From positions 4,960,001-5,024,000 of the forward strand of contig OX337229.1 of NCBI GenBank assembly GCA_946965045.2: a stretch of 64,000 nt of DNA. Reading direction: 5' to 3'. Position numbers and translations under genes: made by a program. The notes beneath the pieces were generated by a model. That model saw only the letters and a program-made list of their open reading frames with translations, was not told the DNA's origin and did no database searches. The DNA is from Epithemia pelagica. Lineage: Eukaryota > Protista > Bacillariophyta. Shown here in pieces: positions 59,129 through 64,000 of this stretch (the first letter of the stretch is position 1; every line of letters starts with the position of its first letter).

Positions 59129-59431
59129 ATGACAGAAGCCGAAAACCAAGCTAAGCAGCTGGATTCCGTGACCGATCGTGTTGAAGAACAGGAAGTGGAT
59201 CTGACCAAAGCACAAGAAGCCATGACAGCCTTGTCGACTCCATCCAGTGAAAAGGAGGCAGCAGACTCCGAACAAGCATTCGTGGTGAGCAAAGAGGATA
59301 TCAAAGTTATTTGCGATGAGCTGGAAGTATCTGGAGAGGTTGCATCCAGAACCTTACGAGAAGTTTCCCGTGAAACAAAAGACGGAGAATCCCTCGTTGC
59401 GGCTGCATTGAGAAAATTAATAACATCTTGA
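59129..59431 (+). CDS. HYPK: HYPK-like protein (C-terminal NAC-UBA)
   Basis: QLDSVTDRVEEQE and VSKEDIKVICDELEVSGEVASRTLRE...ALRKLI. Confidence 0.8.
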   Translation: MTEAENQAKQLDSVTDRVEEQEVDLTKAQEAMTALSTPSSEKEAADSEQAFVVSKEDIKVICDELEVSGEVASRTLREVSRETKDGESLVAAALRKLITS

Positions 59432-59541
59432 TATGCTTTGCCGAAGACGAGCTATGCACATACGACAACTGTTGTTACAAACACTAATGAGGATCGACTA
59501 GGGACAAAGTCTAAAGACCAACTTTTGTTAGACCAAAAAGT

Positions 59542-61137
59542 TTATGGCGACGGATCGTTGGATTCGTTCTGTGAGATTGCAAACGGATAGCGAGCGTACA
59601 CGTCTCGGTTGGAAGGCTCATCAGTGCTTCCCTTCATTATTCGTTCTATCGCGGCCCATGCAATCATGGTGCCTTGGTCTGTACAGAGTTTCGGAAGTGG
59701 AACAAACAATGTCCATGGCGTTTCGCGAGAGGCGCAAAAATCTTCGAGTCGCGAGCGTAGCTCCGTGTTGGCAGCTACGCCCCCCACCAAGGCCAATTGG
59801 TTAATGCCTTCTTTCTCCACCAACTCCATGGCGTATTTGAGCCGCATCTGAACATGTTGAATCGCTCGATGTTGAAAACTTGCCGCAAGATCAGCCTTGA
59901 ATTCATCCGGTAAATCTTCGGTCCGTTCCAAATTGTATTCAGCCGCTTTCCTCTGTGCCCTAATTCTTACCGCAGTTTTCAAGCCCGCATACGAGAAATC
60001 AAAACTTGGTTTGTAGCACAATGGAATGGGTAGTTCCACTGCCGTTTTATTGCCGTTTCGAGCGATACGTTCGACGGCAGGGCCACCTCCACCACCCACG
60101 GGAAAGCCCAACAGTCGTGCTATCTTATCAAAGGCTTCCCCCATGGAATCGTCCATAGTGCCCCCTAATATATCGCAAGATCCAATGTCTCTGCATCGAA
60201 TGATTTGACAGTGTCCCCCCGAGACCAACATGGCAAGAAACGGAAATTGCAGGGCTCGTGTCGATGCGTGTGTTTCTTTTGTCGCCGGCACGGGGAAAAG
60301 ACTGCTTTCATCTTTTGCCGCCAAGGGAATTCGTGCCATTAGAATGTGGGCTTCCAAGTGATGTACAGCCACAAAGGGTTTCTGAAACTCCATTGCCAGA
60401 TCTCGTCCCTTATTGCAGCCGATGCGAAGGCAAAGATCCAGGCCTGGACCAACGGTGGCACTAATGGCATCCACATCTGCGGCCGACGACATGCCGGCCT
60501 TTTCCAGCGCCTCGGCAACGACTGCATCAATATGTTCCTCATGGGCATCGCGTGCAACATCTGGTTTTATGCCGCCCCAAACTTCATGGATTTCGGTCTG
60601 ACTTGCCAAGGCTTCTCCCAAAATTACGCCGTCACTTCGCACCACAGCTGCCCCTGTATCGTCACAGCTACTTTCAATGCCAAGAACGGTAAATAATTTG
60701 GTGCGATCAGGTAAACCAGAGAGAGCACTAAAAGTCTTGCCATCGTCCCCGCCAGGCTTGTAGGTGACCTTGTACAGGCCGCGATCCACACCTTTGGCTT
60801 TCCCAACCGTTAGTCTTCGTCTTGCTCTCGCTGCTTTCTTCTTTTCTTTGCTTACTTGTCTTCGACGTTTTCGAATCTCAGCAAGACTTAGCTCCGTTGA
60901 TTCGACGCCCAGGTCTTGAGATTGGATTGTTTGATTGGTGCAGAACCGAACCACCAACGATCGTTGTTGTGGTGCGCAAGTCCGATGCCGTTCTGATGGT
61001 TGCCACAGCATTTGTCCACCAATTCGTGGGGGACCGGGAGACGGTAGAATCCAACCAGCAGCACGTTGTGTTACTCGTCCAAGCAGAAAGCACCTCATTG
61101 CGATTGCAGCCAGGCTCATCAGATTCATGGGCTGCAT
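59542..61137 (-). CDS. tsaD: Organellar tRNA t6A threonylcarbamoyltransferase (TsaD/Qri7/OSGEPL1)
   Basis: VLGIESSCDDTGAA, TVGPGL, VHHLEAH, LVSGGH, GEAFDK, GGVAAN, CTDQGTMIAW. Targeting-type N-terminus. Confidence 0.93.
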   Translation of the reverse strand: MQPMNLMSLAAIAMRCFLLGRVTQRAAGWILPSPGPPRIGGQMLWQPSERHRTCAPQQRSLVVRFCTNQTIQSQDLGVESTELSLAEIRKRRRQVSKEKKKAARARRRLTVGKAKGVDRGLYKVTYKPGGDDGKTFSALSGLPDRTKLFTVLGIESSCDDTGAAVVRSDGVILGEALASQTEIHEVWGGIKPDVARDAHEEHIDAVVAEALEKAGMSSAADVDAISATVGPGLDLCLRIGCNKGRDLAMEFQKPFVAVHHLEAHILMARIPLAAKDESSLFPVPATKETHASTRALQFPFLAMLVSGGHCQIIRCRDIGSCDILGGTMDDSMGEAFDKIARLLGFPVGGGGGPAVERIARNGNKTAVELPIPLCYKPSFDFSYAGLKTAVRIRAQRKAAEYNLERTEDLPDEFKADLAASFQHRAIQHVQMRLKYAMELVEKEGINQLALVGGVAANTELRSRLEDFCASRETPWTLFVPLPKLCTDQGTMIAWAAIERIMKGSTDEPSNRDVYARYPFAISQNESNDPSP

Positions 61138-61150
61138 CGTGACGACAAGA

Positions 61151-63105
61151 TTTTTTTTGCTGTGTGGTTTTATTTTACCGGTCTATGTATTGTGGAACTC
61201 CTAAGCGGCAAGCGAGCATAGGAGTGGGGCGTCCGGTCCTGGCGAGAGAAAATCTGCCACAGGCCGTGGGGAGTAAAGTGGTGTTACCGGGGCGAAGTCC
61301 GTTCGGGCTAAGTTTGCCAGCTGGGTTGTGCGCGACCTTTGTGCTGTTGTGTGTGCTCTGTGTGCCGCAATTTGGTTGTTAGCGTGTATAGCTAGGGACG
61401 ATACAATGGTATGAGCCAGGGATGCTTTGGCGTAGTGGGCCAAAGTGAAGATGTTTGCTTCTGGATAGTGGAGTTGGACATGTTTGTTTGCCTTGGCAAG
61501 AATGTTCTCCGGGGAGTGTTGGACGTTTTGGTACAGAGCAAATGCTGCTGGGTGTGGGTTGCTTCTAGTTGTTGATTTTCCGAAGTGTGGATCTTTCCAG
61601 TCCGGCGGTTCAGCGGTGGAGAAGGGCAGTGGGTGATCTTGATGGAAGAGCAGGCGGGTGGCAAAGTGTCCCAGAGACCCCAAGTGGTCAACCGTAAAAG
61701 GGATCAAGTAAATTCCGTTGTGAAGGAGATGGGTGGCGGTGGTGGGGTCTCTACAGTATTTGGCTCTGGCCGCTTCGTTGTGCGTCCTTGATGCAAGTGT
61801 TGCGATGGCAGTGTGGTCGGACGGTTCTTGAAGGGGTGTTCGGGACTGTGGAGGTGGTATGGTTACGTCGATCGCGGCGTATTGGAATGGCTCATTGTTG
61901 TGGGGCTGGGTAAGGTGCAGCCCGACGTCTGCCGGACGGATATTGCGGTTGTGCAGAGGCACAAGGCCTGGCGGTTCGATGTGGACGTCGTGGGGGGAAT
62001 CGACTGTTTTTGCTGCCGGTGCGGCTTGCCGAAGAATGTCGAAGAGGGTGTCGCGGACCGCGTTTGATAGCGCTGTTTTTGAGGCTTGGTTGCAGTGGAA
62101 GAGGTGGTCCCCTTCTTTGTCCAATTCTTTGTTGCAGCGACAACGGCCGCCGACGTCGGAGTGGAAGAGCGGCAACCGCAGTTTCCGCCGTATTGCTGTT
62201 CTAAATATTTGGTTGTCGAGTCGAAAGCGTTCGGCTGTGCGTGGTAAGTGAAATGCCATGCTTGTCAGTGGTGACAAGAGTGATGGAAGAAGAACTCGTT
62301 CTGTCGGAGTGGTGGTTTCAATGAGTTTTGGAATGACGTGTTCTTGCAGGATGTGGTTGATTTGTCTGTTGTGTGTTGTGTGGTCATACCGTTCGTGCTT
62401 GTAGAGAGTTTGGTCGGCGTACTCGTGGGTGAAGAGGGAGAGGCCTCTTCGGAAGGCTATGATGGCTGGATCCTCGCTGTGTTCCCAGTTTTGGTACTGT
62501 TGTTGGTGGTGGGTTGGTATGGGGGAATCTTTGGATTGGGCTAGTTGCAGGGCTCGTGCTGTTTGGGTCAAGAGACGGGGGTATGCAGCCGCTGCGGCGT
62601 TGTGGTACCCCAATCCTCCGAGTCTGTTGGGGAGGCTCGCTATGAGGGTCGATTGTTCTGTCACGTTGGTTTCGACGGTTGATGTGAGGTTAGCGATGAA
62701 CTTGGCAATCAACCGGTTTGTTTTTGTCGTGACTGGACTGTTCCATAGTGTGGATCGCTGGTTGGGGCATGGGTGGGCCTGGACAATGTCTGCTGGGAGC
62801 AGGTGCAGAATGGCGGGGATGAAGGAATAGCGGAAGAGGGAGCTTCGGGTTTGGAGGTCGTCCAGTTGGTTTAGTTTGGAAAGGTTGCTCTCCATGTTGT
62901 GGAGCCGTTGTTCGATGAATGTTTGCGCAAACGTTGGTGATCCAATGGGTTGTCCCAAGAAACGGGTACCGGTTGTCAGTTCTGCTGCTTTTGGGTCGGT
63001 CGGAGAGAGTAGATGCAGTGCATGCTGGAGGCTCGAACGATGTTGTGGTTGCAGTCGCTCCAGGGGGGACTCGTGGGAGGTAGAGGTCAGTATTTTCTGT
63101 CGAAA
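61151..63105 (-). mobile_element. 5'-truncated non-LTR retrotransposon with a restriction-like endonuclease (CRE/Ambal-like)
   Basis: End of RT (KILTS...GTRFLGQPIGS), LASLPNRLGGLG, zinc knuckle CRC..GDHLFHC, RLE motifs RPADVGL..AAIDVTI..RAKY. Stop at 61201, 42-nt 3' UTR, A8 tail at 61151-61158. The 5' boundary is approximate. Confidence 0.85.
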
Positions 63106-63433
63106 AGACGCGAAAAATCCTGGATGATGCCATTCATGATTGGCACGTCAAACGGGATTAAACATGACATTACCCATATAGTCTAAGGTACCAAAGTAGC
63201 TCAATCACTCCTCTAGGTACTCCTACTCCTCTCTAGGAGTAGTCATCTTTGAAGACATCAGATCGAAGTTAAAACAACAGCGCTATATTGGTGCGATGGT
63301 CTCGCTCTAAATCTTTCATTGTCTCTCCAAGTTCCTTTGCGTATCTCTGGTTGTCTTCAACCACATACAAAATCTACACTTGGTTCGTACGTATCTTGGG
63401 TTGTCCACAACCGGTTTCCCCCATCCGAAGGAC

Positions 63434-64000
63434 TCACTCGTCCTTGGTTTCCTCTGCTTCCTGACCATCCTCTGGAAACCAACGATCCACAATGTTTTCC
63501 TTCACCCAACCAGTTGTGGAAAGAGCCAACCCAACTCTGAGAGGGACGGCAAAACGGGCAAAGTTCACAAAGGCAAAGGCTTCTGCTCCGACACCAGCCA
63601 TGTCATCCTTGTTGTTGAAATCGGGCCAATGTCCGGCAATTTTGTAGTATCCGAAGCATGCGACAGGAAGGGAAACGAGCCAGAATGCCCATTCCCAAAG
63701 GGCATAGGAGATGAAGCCAGCTTTTCCAGACTCTTTAATTTGTTGCAACATTTTCTTGACGCCATTTTCGTCCTCTTCTTCTACATCGTTCTTTTCCTCA
63801 ATCATTTCAAGTTTCATTTCAGGCAATGGTTCTGGTTTAACGGGTTCCATTGGGGCACTTTCCACTGGTTCATCTTCCTTGACTCCATCCCAACGCAACA
63901 AATTTCGAAAAGCTCCAAATACCTTTTTCCTGATCGTTCCTGGGCCTTGACCTTCTTCTGAAACGGAGTTTGCAACCGTTTCGTCCTTTTCAAGCAAAGA
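63434..64000 (-). CDS. FAM210/DUF1279-like membrane protein, 5' end outside the window
   Basis: IKESGKAGFISYALWEWAFW...FAFVNFARFAVPLRVGLAL. Confidence 0.65.
   Translation of the reverse strand, partial: SLLEKDETVANSVSEEGQGPGTIRKKVFGAFRNLLRWDGVKEDEPVESAPMEPVKPEPLPEMKLEMIEEKNDVEEEDENGVKKMLQQIKESGKAGFISYALWEWAFWLVSLPVACFGYYKIAGHWPDFNNKDDMAGVGAEAFAFVNFARFAVPLRVGLALSTTGWVKENIVDRWFPEDGQEAEETKDE

Overview
Gene-dense eukaryotic nuclear DNA, almost certainly from a diatom (probably pennate). Evidence: mostly ~65-100 nt GT-AG introns, bipartite plastid-targeting leaders and a DUF6824-like gene. About 20 host genes are present: PMCA-type Ca2+ ATPase, a 2OG-dioxygenase/sulfotransferase fusion, MFSD5-like transporter, BCAT, atypical SDR, PHO88-ankyrin, LEO1, sulfotransferase-like/aminotransferase-IV fusion, MerC-like, RNASEH2B, DUF6824, RPL9, RelA/SpoT homologue, an EF-hand repeat protein, UBL5, UTP20, a thioredoxin-fold protein, HYPK-like, organellar TsaD/Qri7 and a FAM210-like gene cut by the window end. 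The accessory content is the most interesting part. (1) A hAT-type deletion derivative (24956-32736, 8-bp TSD) carries an endonuclease III (HhH-GPD) DNA glycosylase as cargo. (2) Two near-identical copies of a ~4.1 kb DDE transposon without terminal inverted repeats are present (25099-29206, nested in the hAT element with a 9-bp TSD and a nonsense mutation; 43164-47234, intact 1101-aa ORF). (3) A 5'-truncated CRE/Ambal-like RLE non-LTR retrotransposon has its poly(A) 13 nt upstream of the TsaD start codon, and a decayed relative lies at ~33.1-33.5 kb. Family assignments come from motif recognition by eye; no database search was run.
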